From: Tubulanus polymorphus | Lineage: Eukaryota > Animalia > Nemertea | DNA: 64,000 nucleotides | NCBI RefSeq assembly: GCF_964204645.1 | Contig: NC_134026.1 | Coordinates: forward strand, 23,284,150-23,348,149 | Direction of reading: 5' to 3' | Shown: positions 24,471 to 37,800 of the stretch, one piece after another | How the letters are laid out: every line of letters starts with the position of its first letter | Position numbering within the stretch: position 1 is the stretch's first letter | Notes under the pieces: model-generated | Databases searched by the model: none | What the model saw: the letters and a program-made list of their open reading frames with translations, nothing else | What the model was told of the DNA's origin: nothing | Program-made: the position numbers and the translations under genes

Positions 24471-27400
24471 TTATGTTTGATCGACGTCGATGGTAAGATC
24501 TACTTTTGTCATCTCTGTCGGTTTACTAAGACCACCTCCACGTAGTCCTGCCAAGAAAACTTGTGGTTTCGGTACATTAGTATAGTTGTCTTGTTTGGTC
24601 TGTGAGTATTGGTCCCTGAAACAAGACAAAAACATTCATGATTAAAACCTGTATGATGAATACTTGGCACAATGTACATATTTATGATTAATGTACTTAC
24701 TTTGGTAAATAGACTTGCGTTACATTGTCTCTTCTCAGATTGCTCAAATTTGTTTGAGTTGAATGAGTGATTTTTGTTCGTAGATTTGCCTAGAATTGAG
24801 AAGAGACACATAAACAGTAGTGAATTCATATGTATTTTCCTCAGTTCATTTCAAAATTAGAAGATATTCTACGTACCAGTTTGATTGCCTTCCTACGTAG
24901 CTCCCATTCGTTCCATTCATAAGACTTAACGATGTTTGATTCGAGAATGTGAGTATCGGTCTGTGTCCCGCTGTCACATTTTGTGACCGGTTTCTCTATC
25001 ATTTTACCACCACTTTCCTTGCCCTAAAAACCATCAAATAGTTGACTTTAAAAGAAAATCGATGTGAACAAATAACTAAACTAGGGTCACTTGATTGAGA
25101 TTACGTACCTGTGAATAAGGTGTAATTGTAGCAAACTGAGTATGAAGCTCTAATAGCTGGATGAGTTCAGGGCTTCGTTTTGCAGCATCTGCTACAGCCT
25201 GTATGTAACTGCAAACGATTCAATAGATTATCAGTAAATAACACAGAAAGTTCCACGGCTAGTTTGTACATGAGTTCTACTTACAAATCAGGGTTCGACG
25301 CAAATTCAACGGCAGCTTTTCTTGATGAGAAAGAAAAATAATTATCACGATAACGTAAAACACCGATCTGAGGATTAGCAGGTACTAGTAGACGATCCGA
25401 TGTAACCAGTATCCAGCCACAGTAACCCTACACATTAGAATGCGAAAATATGTAATGTAATATGTAATGTAGGGAAGCATATTAATCCAAATATACAATC
25501 AGTGCAGTTTTTACCTACCTTGTAGCTTAAAGGTAGCCTATTGAAGTTCTTGGTTGTTTCTGGGAAAAGCCATTCCTGCTTTTTGAATTCATCAGGATTA
25601 ATACATTCTTCGGGTATGCTAGTCTGAAAATAAAGGGCAGCTTTTATCAGTTCTGTAGCTTCATTTCATACTTAGGTCACGATGTTATAATGAATATGCC
25701 TTACCTCTTGAATCCTCTCTTCATCTGTTTTGATTACGACATCAGACAGGAATGGAGCCAAGAATTCATCACTAAACAATTCTCTTTGACCCTGTGGAAA
25801 TAAATGACTTTGTCTGTGTTGTACCAACTGTGAAAAATGCACAACTCTTATTGGTCAATTGATCACTTACACGAGTAAATGGTTCTAAACTGGCAAGAAT
25901 ATTGCTGAGTACACTTAATAATACCATCTCATCTTGGAATCCACACCACAGCTGGGATAAGTTTATAAACTGGGGCTAAAATATCAGAAATTTACATTAT
26001 ATAATGGCACAATTTTACAGCTAATGTCATGGAAACATCAAATAATTTTCAGTGCTTACATAAACCTGTGCTGTAGGAACAGCAGTCTTGGACTGGACTG
26101 TATTTTGAAGTTGTTCCATACGAGCTGCTAGCTGTTGCTCAAGCAGTTCGACCTGTTGAGCGCAGGCAATAATATCATTCTGAAATGAGACATTTCCAGC
26201 AATGAAGCAAAAATAAAAGAATCAATTTCATAACTAAAGAAATACATTGAGTTTACTTACTAGTATAACTCGTAGATAAGCTTCATGTTGTCTACTGTTG
26301 ATTAAAGCCTCTTTCAACAGTCCGTCAGAAGGTCCTGACTGTTTTGAATCCTGTTCACGCATCTTTTCCAGTAGTGCCGTGTAGCGATCAGATACTCTCA
26401 AAGACTGCTGAATTTCTGCATCAACATTCTGTGTAGTAGCAGGAACTGCTTCATTCAGGATTGCCGGCACTGGAATCAAACATTATATTTTTCTTCATAA
26501 ATTTAGTCATGCTAAGAAATTTGGGGCATTGACCACCATATATAAAGTTCAAATATTTAAAAGAATGCAAGGAAAGTTCATCTGTGTTTGATCATTAAGT
26601 TCTGACGTTATTGAAAGAACTATAATACTAATGATACTTACAATCATCTATACCTTCACCTCCTTTGCCACACTCCTTGTTGAACAAGCGAATACCAGTG
26701 ACAATCTGCGTAAGTTCCTGTAATTGACGTTCCTTATCACGTTTGGTAAGTGACATGAATGTTCCAAGTTCCGTTTGTGGGAATACACTTTGAAGAGCAG
26801 CTGAGATGGAAAATCAAGGCTTCAAAATTAAAATTTCAAGAACCATAACATAACGAATGTAAAAAACGAAGACTTTGTTATATTTACCAGTAGCTTCTCT
26901 GACAACTGCTATATCTGTAGGACTTCCTAATCCAGACCTTAACAACACCGCGGAAACAATCTTCCTGTAGAGGCTTTCTAATTCTTCCCTTGTTCTCGCT
27001 CGACTGTCTGTTATTTCTCTGATTACAGGCTGAAGTCTTGATTCTAATACGCGTCGATGTTCCTCGAGGAAATCAGATCTTGTTGTGTAGTTCATGTCGA
27101 AGTACACCTGCATTTTGATTGTATCTAAAGCCGGTGAACGAGTGTCCATTAGACGGTCCACACACAGCTGAAAAATAGATCCAATAGTTACTTCCAGTTA
27201 GTTACCTACAAGACCAGACAAGGGATAGGAGTAGACAATTCATTTTCTACCTTAATCAATTTCTGGACATCATCTTTAGTGAGAGTCCGGTCAACGTTAA
27301 ATTCATTCACTGGATCTAATACAACAGCTTTTACCTAAAAAAAGCACATAGTTTAATGTATCGAAGTAATTCGAAGAAAATTGATACTAGTGAACTACTC

Positions 27401-27524
27401 GTCTCAGTATACATACCATAAATGCAACAAGGGTTTCAGAAACTGCTTGTCCTTTACTGGCACATTCTTGAGCAATTTCTCTAATTATATTTTTAATGAC
27501 ACTTTCCGCCTGAGCCCGTGACAT
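24471..27524 (-). CDS. CFAP206: Cilia- and flagella-associated protein 206 (multi-exon)
   Basis: MSRAQAESVIKNIIREIAQEC...SETLVAFM|VKAVVLDP...LDTIKMQVYFDMNY...VTGIRLFNKECGKGGEGIDD...YEWNEWELRRKAIKL|ANLRTKITHSTQT...VPKPQVFLAGLRG...*. Confidence 0.95.
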
Positions 27525-27752
27525 CTTGAAATATGTCAAATGACAGCAAAATACACTCTGACTGTTGGATCAGGACTTGACAGAGTATAACTATGAAATA
27601 AAAGTAAGAAAAGGAAATTGAACACTCTAATCACTTAGCAGGCAATATGATTTTAGGGCCTGGCTGGTAGGGGGGGGGGGTTAAGTAGACCCTCTTCTCT
27701 TGCTCTACGAAAAAGACTTCTGGATGAAGTTGGTATTGACAGTAACTTAAGT

Positions 27753-27902
27753 AAGATAAAAATCAACTATCTACAGATTAAAAGAATTTAACACGATGAT
27801 CTCTAGGGTGAGATCGAAACGTCATGTCTTCTATATACTTTAGATTGAATAAATAAATTCTTGTTTTTAAATTCTTTTCTGTAGATAGTGGGTTTTTATC
27901 TT
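27753..27902. repeat. Short foldback / MITE-like inverted repeat upstream of the CFAP206 start codon
   Basis: AAGATAAAAATCAACTATCTACAGATTAAAAGAATTTAA pairs with TTAAATTCTTTTCTGTAGATAGTGGGTTTTTATCTT, with a few mismatches and one 3-nt indel. Confidence 0.65.
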
Positions 27903-28112
27903 TTATATCCGTTCACCACGTTTGTGTGTGGTTATCGTTCTATTATTATGGTATTGACAGATGTGATGATTTGGTGATTTTCTAGGCCTATCAATATCTC
28001 TGAAGTTAGGGCCTATCAATTACTTTGATTATTACATATTCACCTTTTACAAAAACGGATGCTTTAAGCGCTTTTCAATGTGCAGATGCAACTTCATGAA
28101 ATTGTTTACATT

Positions 28113-28139
28113 CAAGTCATGGAAACCAAACCCGGAAGT
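28113..28139 (-). promoter_or_regulatory. Candidate RFX X-box half-site plus ETS motif at the probable CFAP206 promoter
   Basis: CATGGAAAC (reverse complement GTTTCCATG) next to CCGGAAGT, ~600 bp upstream of the ATG of a ciliary gene. RFX control of ciliary genes is established. Confidence 0.45.
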
Positions 28140-28147
28140 AAATCTAA

Positions 28148-28268
28148 ACCGTCAAGTGCTGCCCCTATATATATATCGTTGACTCGCACACCGCAGTATG
28201 AATATTGCTACAAGAGTTAGTTCATTTGTTTACCGCTAATGATATGTATAGGGGCAGCACTTGACGGT
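28148..28268. repeat. Perfect 22-bp inverted repeat (MITE-like) between CFAP206 and PDCD11
   Basis: ACCGTCAAGTGCTGCCCCTATA ... TATAGGGGCAGCACTTGACGGT. Confidence 0.85.
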
Positions 28269-28807
28269 CGAGATGAATTGAGATTCTCATATTTCAATAT
28301 CACCACTATACTTAACAGAAGAAATAGAGGTTTTTCTCATATTTTCACCCGTAAACCGCACGGGAAGATTTCGCTTGCCAGGGTTTGTTGTTATCAACCA
28401 CTACATTGAGCTGGAATCTTGTTTTAAAGGAACCACAAAAAGAAACCACCATATTCGTCAATATCAATTGAGCTTTTATTTACAATTCTTGACAGTCATC
28501 AGGCATTTAACTATTTAGTCATATAAGCTTTAACATCAACTTACTGAATCGGGCACAATGGAGCAAATAAGAAATAAGCCATTTTCCAGATGGCAAAATG
28601 ATTCATCCTCAATGGTAGGAATTCCCAAAAGGTAAAGTATTTTTCTGGGACAGACAGTTTTTTAAGCTCTGATGTGCGTTCATAGACTGGCCCAACTGTT
28701 CGCATTTTGATGACTAGATATAATGTACACTAAAAAATCATTTGACTTTGATATACATGTGGTTATCAACATTAATGGGACTGAATATAAATTGAATATC
28801 AACATTG

Positions 28808-31800
28808 TCAAGTCATTAAAACTGAAGCTGCCTTATTCTCAACATAGTCCATCGCTTTTTGCTTCACCAAATTCAGACTGTCCTCATCACCATATTTCTT
28901 TTCAAACTCCATGTATTTTTTGAAGAAAAATTTCATCTTGAAGGCGGAAAAGCCAAGATTTATCACTCTTTCGAATAGGGCTCTGGAAATAAGGACGGAA
29001 TCGCAAACATATTACTACATACTAAATAAAATCTATTCTGTCACAATGTTAACTAACTTTAGGTTTAGTTCCTTACCGAACTGGTTTCATATCTCCTTGC
29101 AAAATTAACATGTCTATGTACACGGACCATAAATCTGTTCGTTTGGGGTAGTTACTGACAATATTCTCAAACATGGTGATGCCTCTTTCTGGTTCTCCGT
29201 GCTTGAATTCAAGTTTGGCGAAGTTGGATATAATCTCAACATCTAAAATACAAAATTGACAACTGTTATCTATTTACCAAGGAATCTGCTGAAAAATACT
29301 GATGTAAAAATCCCTCAAACTTACGATCTCTTTTCTCCAGACATTTCAGAGCTCTTTGCAATAACTTTCTTGCGGAATCAAATCGTTGCTGTTTGTAGTA
29401 AAATAAACCAAAGTTCACCCAAACTTTCTTCTGAGAACTGAACCGTTTCAACATTTTGTTGTACAGCAATTCAGCAGCCTGAATTAACGAGAGTGAATGA
29501 TGAATAACCGGTTCATCTCGTCAAACAATAACGCACTATTTTCATTAGAAATCAAATCATTTTCACTTTACCTCGTGTTTCTCTGAACTGATATAAATTC
29601 CAATCAATTGTTGGAAGACTTCGAAGGGCTCATTATGTTGTACAGCTCTATCAAATACAGCTTTCAAGTCTTCCTCGGAGCCATAAGTGCTTTCAACATT
29701 CATCATAGCACCCCATACATTCAATTTCTCTTGCTCTTCCCTAAAATGATTCAAATACCAATATAGTAACAGCAGTGAACCAGCACTGAATGGCGGAAAT
29801 TAAAGGAAACATATATCATTAATCAACAATGAAGTTTTAATCATCGCGATTCACTCTACAACTGTGGTTCTATAAATCATTTGACGACTCACTACTGAGA
29901 GTCTCGTAACATTAATTGGTCACACCAAAACTAGACTAGTCTAAATGAATTTTTGGCCATACACATATGACTCAATTTTAACATTTGAACATACCTGAAT
30001 GAGATGGTTTTTAGAGCACGTTCTGCCACGGCGCGTGCTTTATCGATTTCGGCTGTCTCCAAATGGAAAGCCATATATCTGATCCACACAATTGAGCTGT
30101 TTGGAGATTGGAGCACAAGTCGATCATAGTCGGCTGCTGTTTCTAGTATATTCTGACCTTTAAGTGCCAACTTCTCATTCTAAAATACAGTGAATACATC
30201 AGCAATAAATGAATTACCCAGTATACATCAATAGATCCTATCACATACTTCAGGTTAACATTACATTTTCCAGTTTAAACTCAGAATTGAACAAGGCTCT
30301 ACTGTACACACCTCAAAAATCTTTTTTTCTTCTTCAGCCTTTTCTTTTGCCTTTTCTTTCTTAGTTTTCTTTTGAATGGGCTGAAAATGTGAATTCAAGG
30401 CTTTACAAAAATCTTCAAAAAATTATACGCATCTATCAACGGAACATCCCATACCTGCACTATTTCCTCTTCATCGGATTCGCTCTCAGAGTCCTCCGAT
30501 TCATCATTTTTCTTAGTAGCGATCAGTGCCGGTGGTTTGTACAAATTATCCCAAGAAAAATCTGTTGAAAGTGTTAATCTTAACGGGCCTTTTTTATTGT
30601 GTTGTTCATTAATATCCTCTACACCACTGTCTTCATCCTCATTGACGGATAGCAATCTCTCTCTTTGCTTCTTAGGTTTTTCAGAATTATAATCTGTCTC
30701 GCTACATTGAGATATAGTACGTTTTCTTTTCCTAGATTCTTGTCTATCAGATGGTTCACATACTTCTACTTTCACACCTGTGTCTTCTTCTAACATTGAT
30801 ATCTGAATGCTCTTATCGCTTTTGTGTAAACTAAATTTTTGTACGAATGAAAAAAACATGATTGTACAATACATATTTTATCAAATGAAATCTGTTCTAA
30901 AATGTACAAAATGACTGGAAGTGTACCTGAGGGTTTTGACAGCAACACGGGCACCAAACGGTAAATCTTTACCAACGTTGCACATTTTCTCAAAGTTAAC
31001 CTGACCAAGTTGATTTTTCGATAACCTAAAAAGGTGCGTATTAGAGTTCATAAATTGAAAGATTTATTTTGCTTTTTATGAAGTGATAAACGCAATATAT
31101 TTTGTCTATGATAAGAAGTAGGGATACATACCACACTGATTTCCCATTAGGAGTTGATGCATTAATGTAGGCATCAAGTACATCCCCAACTTTGAAGTCA
31201 TTAAAGCATTTCTCATCCAGATTTTGGTGAAAAGTGGAGTTAATCCTAAAGGGATGACAAAACTTAATCAATTATCTTGTCATTGATTTAATTCTTTGAT
31301 CCTAGATTTCAGTAAAATGTTGATATGAACTTACTTTTCTTGTAGAAGTGACACTATCCATATTTTCTCTTTATCTTGGCCGAAAATAAAGCATTGAGTT
31401 AAATTCTTTTGTTTCAATCTTTTTTGACACCTTACACCACCAACTTCATCAATACTTGCAAAACCAATCATACCATTAGCCAGCAATACCGATGCACCTT
31501 TACTCGTAACTTCTGTCACTTGACAGTGAGTAACTGAGCAAGGAAGGATATCAATGCGACCTGGATAGGAGAGTTATTTAAGTGATCAACTGGTCGAAAC
31601 ATACTCATACCCAAATTCTATCACAATTAATATTGCATACCAATCATGGATAATTCTAGATGATTCGCACTTATAGTTCTAACCACGGTCGCTTTACAAA
31701 TCGTACCAATGTGAAAACTTTTTTTGGGCTGTTGCAATACCTGTAAAGAAATTCAACTTTCCAATTTGAGGAACTAGCACAAATAAAGAATATTTGAATT

Positions 31801-34800
31801 GACAATTATAGATTGAAACATTGATCTTTTAGATCAATTACAGTATTCGATCTTACCTTTAAGTCTGTTGATTGGTTGAGAAGGAATATTTTTCCAGACA
31901 CTTGTGGTGTTACTCTAACATCCATCACTTTGCCATTCTACAATAGAAGGATTCATGAGAATAATTCAATCCTAACTGTAACCTGCAAGTCTCAACATAG
32001 GTAGGTATACATTACCTCAGTAACAAAGACTTGAACTTCATCGCCTGCTTTAAACATGCCTCCAGGAGACTGTTCATAGGCAGCTAATAAACTTTTCTTT
32101 GTAATTTCCCCAGATAGTTTACTGTAAAAAATATGTAAGATTTAGTAGTAGATTATGCACAATTTGTTTTATTGAATTGTATAGCAAACTGACCTTGGCC
32201 TCAGACTACAGTCAACCATGGAAACAGATACCCCGGGATGAGTTATTGCTAACCTCCTGTAATAAGATATTAACAATGATGAAGTCCTAAATGTTTTTGA
32301 GAGATTGCAGACAACAAACACTTTAACAGAACGAAGCACTTACACTTGCGTTTGTACACATCGGAAACCAATGACAACTATTTCTATCTCTCTACCGACT
32401 GAATATTTCTTGAATGGTTTTGTTCCCTGAAATGAATTTTCACTGGAACATAAATCCTGATTACCGGTTTCAAATAGAATATATCATTTGGAACCAGCAC
32501 ACAAAACAACATACCCGTTGAGGGTTGTCATAAACCTCTGTAGCATACACTCTCCCAGGAACATCACCGATCTTTATGTTCATTTGATATGGCAGAATCT
32601 TAGTTATTCTAAATATCGATACAATACCCAGGGTTATATAAACCGTTTACAACAAATTTCTCAAAATTCCATATCTATGACTAGTTTTACTTACTTGGCT
32701 TTGTGGTGAGAGCCAATTTTTAGATCATGAGAATGATTTTCAGTCAACGGTGCATCAACTGAATAAGCGGCCAATTTCTCATAGTGTTGTATGCCAGCAA
32801 TAATTTCATCCTCAACACTGTGAAAGATTTCATTATTAAAAGGTAAATCAAATCGTGAGATATTAACACATTAAATGATACATTATGGTTTAGTCAAAGC
32901 TTTTTCACCTTTTTATCACAACTTTGTTTACTTGACCGATCTGGAATGATTTCTCTTCAAGGAGATCATTCATATGCTGCAAAGAAAAAAAAACTTCCAG
33001 TAACGGGTACATAATAATCTGTATTTAAATTAGCCTTGCAAAGGTATCTGTAACTTACTCTTTTTCCCGGGATGTAGACAAGTCTACCAACAGCATGGCC
33101 TTTCAACAACACAAGTGCAAAATCTTGCTTTATCAACTGCACTTCTGAGCTCAAAACTTGTCCTACAATGACTTTGTTGGCTTTGTTTTCTACCCGATTC
33201 TGTATACAATTCACAAGCTTCGGATCGAGAGATATTTCTAAACATTTCGATGAGAAATCGATAAACAAAACAACTGCATCCATTGTGTTGCCGACCTCAC
33301 AATCCACTCCTAACCAAACAAAGAGATTTGAGTATTATGCTCTGTATTCTTACATGGGTAACAAATTCTAAGTTAAATCAACTAACCTATCATGTGCTCA
33401 TAAATGCAAATAGCTCCAATGTTTGATTCCACTTTGCATACAGTACCAGAGACAGTTTTCTTTACAATCTTTGCTTTTACAATCTGACCAACCTGATACT
33501 TGCAGATTGATAATTTTTCCGCTGAAATAGAAGATAGCACAATCAAAACAAACAGAAAATCAATATAACAGTTTATAAGTAATCATATATCATACATAAT
33601 TCGTTTAATTATTTTTCCACAGGATTCTGCATGCATAAAAATATACCTCTAGCGAATTCAATATATTGACGTTTTTCTATCAGATAATTTCTTAACAGTT
33701 CAACAGCTATATTTGGGTCCTGGTGGAAACAATGAGACATTTTTAAGCTCAATATGCAACGTTTCTTCTCTGCATCAACCTCCATCACCTTCACAGCGAC
33801 TGATTTGCCTTCTGTAAGTAACGGTTTAAAGACCTGATCCTGGCCCCTTACATCACTAATAAACTGCAAAACAGGACAATTTTACGAACTATAGATGACT
33901 TTATCAGTCAAAAATTCCAACAGCTGTATTTCATTTAACATGGAAACAAACCTTATTAGGCACCAATCCATAATATCCACTATTGAGTTTAATGAAGCAG
34001 CCTATATCACTAGATTGTTGTACAATTCCTGGCAATATTTGTCCAACCTAAATACATGTAAAAAGATCTTCGTATAACAATTAATTCTAGAAACTACATA
34101 CCGGAATATAAACCTTAAGGCTTCAGGGACCTATTTCATACCTTGATTCGATCGAATGACTTTGGTAACACGCCATCCTTCGCTGCTTGAATCATTGATT
34201 TTTTAGTTGTGAGAATCTAGTAAAAATATGTTAAGGCGAACAATGCATGCTTTGGAATTAGATGAACAATTCCAGCACTGTTATATATGTATGAAAAGGA
34301 TACCAGATCACTGCTCTTCTGCGTATAACAAACTGCATCATCAATAACATCACCAGGTTTGTACATTGTGAAGAGTAAATCAGAAGTTGCTGCAGAATCA
34401 GTGAGATACGATTTTGGAATCTTCGCTAGAATTCCGCATGGCTTATGGAGTTTCACAATAAGACCATCATCGGTTTTTTTGATAACAGCACATTTCACTA
34501 TAGTCGTTATACACGCTTGAAACTTATCACTGATGCAAGAATCCTGAAATGGCAGTCATCATGATTTATTACTGAATCACACATTAGCTGTGTGTTCTAT
34601 TTCAAAATAACGAAGATTTACTTACTTCTGGCTTCGCTGAAGGCTTATTACTTTCTAACTGGGACACAATGATTTCATCTTCAGCACAACTACATAAGAA
34701 AGAAATGAATTAAATACACGCATTTTTCATTTTTCCATCAGATCGATGTAGGATAAAGTTTAGGCAAACAGACTGAAATGCAATGTTTCACATACCTATG

Positions 34801-37800
34801 CACTTTGACATCTAAGAACTTTCCATGGTCAAATGATAATCCACCATCCAAATCATTCATGTGCTAGAAAATATACATACCCATAAACAGAAACAAATGA
34901 CCAGCATCAACCAGAAATTTAGATAGAAAGGGCATCTCAATGATATATGTAAGAAAATCTATCAGTGTTTGACTTACCTGCTTAACAGGAAGGTAGGCAA
35001 TTATGCTTGCATCATTCACGTTTAATGACACAATGCAATATTCACTCTTGACAAGAAGCACTTCTGCCTTCAATGACTTCATATTCTATAATGATTATCT
35101 TAAAATAATAAGAAATCCATCAAAATGGCAATACACTGGGATATGATATTTGTTAGGGTACCTTCAGTGCCTTAATGCTTGTTTTCCATTTCTTGACTGA
35201 TTTCACCAGTTCAGGACAGAGAGAAACTTCTACTAGATGTGACTGAATATCAATGTCAAGCACAACTGCATCCACCTCTGATCCTTCTTCAAATTCTGTC
35301 CCTGGAAAGAAGATTAAAGAATCAAAGGCTTCAATTTATATACCTCAATAATGGAATTTTACCTTTACATTATTAAATGCACACATACCTTTTGAGTACT
35401 TGGTGGAACTAGTTCCAGTTATAACTGAATTTATGAGGCATTTTATTTTTTCACCATCAATACTATGTACTGCAGCTTTAACAATAGAGCCAGGTTTCAA
35501 TTTGCTGAACTTTGTTTTTCCTAGAGAGAAGAAAATCTTTATCAATGCAAAGCAATCAAGCATATTCCTATCATTTGCAAAGGTTTGTCAAAGATAAACT
35601 TTTCAGTTACCTTTGAAGACCGATTTTAATATGAGCTTTCGTTCTGCTAGGCAGTTTTCTAACATTTCAACTGCATCTAGTTCATTCTTCTCTTTGTCAT
35701 AGCAGTCGCTCATTTTCAGACTAAACCGAACTCTCCCAGACACCTCATCGAGTTCAATGATCTTTGGTTTTACCGACTGACAGAAACGATACACTTTCAT
35801 TGGATTGGCACAGTAATTGTCACATACATCCTGTTAAGACAGAGTTTCAAAACACTACATTTCAATTACCATTTCACCAGTTATGCAAACAATTACGTAG
35901 GTTTTACTTACTTTTGAAAGAACAAGTCCATGCAAATCATTTGGTAATGAAACAAACACACCATACGATTCACTTTTATGAATGATTCCAGAATAACAGG
36001 AACCCTCCTGTGTAAAGCAAAAAGCAAAACAGTTAATAGTGGAATATCGTAAATCATCATAAAAGCTAAATTAACCAAACACTCTGCATATGAATAACCA
36101 TCTCATAAAACTCAAATGGTCCTCTAAGGATTTTCAAATCCAGCAATAAACACAAATCTTTAAATCACTATTACCTGTAAATCTTCAAATTTTTCAGGAA
36201 TCAGGTTCTTCTCCTTGGCTTGAATCAGAGACTTCTTCAATGTCAGTGTCTTAAACAGTGTTAAAGTCAGTAAACACTGGCTGCACGTATTTGTCTATGT
36301 TTTCTGATCTCTACGATTGCTAAGGTTTTTTCTAACATAAAAGGATACAATAATATTGTGCTTATTCCAACACATAGCACCTTTGATCACATCTCCAAGC
36401 TGGTACATATTCAAAAGAGGGCGACAATTCTCCAGAGAATCGGATAAATGATGTTTTGGAATTATCGCTGGCAATCCACTTGAAATCAATCTCACACGAA
36501 GTCCTTTATCTGATTTTGTAACAATTTTACAATCGTCCAAAGAGTTCATCTCTAACATTTCTAAGGCATTATGTTCCTTTTCAGAAAACGCTGCTATATC
36601 GGCTGCCTTCAGCTTCAATCATAGATAGAAATATCAATGCATGCATGCATCACCTTTCATGATTTGCGCCTAGTTAAAAAACAGAGTAATGCTCACCCTG
36701 AATGATAATGTCACTCTTTCTTCAGGTTCTACATCAAGAACCTTACACTTTACAACTTGTCCACTATGAAATACCTGAGTTGCATCAACAAGTCCAACAG
36801 TATTCATCTCTCTTTTCAGAACAATACCCTGAAATGATACCGGCATTGAGATTCAGTGACTAGTGTACCAACAAGCCAGATACAGTTGTAACTAACACCT
36901 ATTTACCTTCATATGGTTATAAAATCCGACAAGAACATAATTCTGGAAAGGCTTCAAAATATAACCAAGCACAATATTCCCGGGCTTGAAATCATTAATC
37001 TCTTTAACAATAGGTATCTCAGATGTTACCAGCGACTTCTTGTTTGTAAGAATAGCTTTATGACCTTCAATCTTCAAGATCTAAAAAGGACAGAAATCTA
37101 ATCACTTATCTTAGAAAGACTGGGATCATTTGAAATTACTACATAAAATGCGTGTACTGATATTGGTCTTACCCGACAGGTGAGTTTTTCACCTTCAGTG
37201 AAGAATTTCTCCGGATGCTGTATGGTGGCATCTGAATAGTGCATCGGAAAGATCAATCCACTCAACCAATCTGACAGCTTTACCACCAAACGTTTAGGTT
37301 CTAGCTTTTTAATCGTGACCTAAAATAACCATATTTCACATTGAAATGAGGGGGGCTAGTTTCACATTTTATGTTACCCGCAAGTATTTATTGTCAGTTA
37401 GTTTAAAACAAAATAACTCAAACCTCAACAATGTCCCCAATATTGATATCAGCAAGACTCATATATTTCATTTCAATCACATTCCTTAAAGTAAAAGAAT
37501 TAGAAAATAATTTCAATAATAGTTTTATAGTCAAGATGGAGTATATAGTCTGGATCTTCAAACAAGTTAGTTTATTAGCTACTCACTTTTTCATGCTAAG
37601 CCTGGCTTGGTTATCGATGAAATCGAAATCAATAACACGGCATCTGGAATTAGAAATGGTTTAAAATACCAAATAGCCATATTTATGAAGAATTATGTAA
37701 ATTATGTAACAAAATAGATTTAGAAATAGACAGCCATATCCTTACTTCACTTTTTGATTGATATGAAAATCATTGAGTGGTTGTGAGTCTTCATTCACAG

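Noticed and set aside
24509-24829. Apparent frameshift or separate ORF at the CFAP206 3' end
   Set aside because: Correct splicing (…VYLPK|DQYSQTK…) keeps the frame to the stop at 24471; the listed ORF is a different frame.
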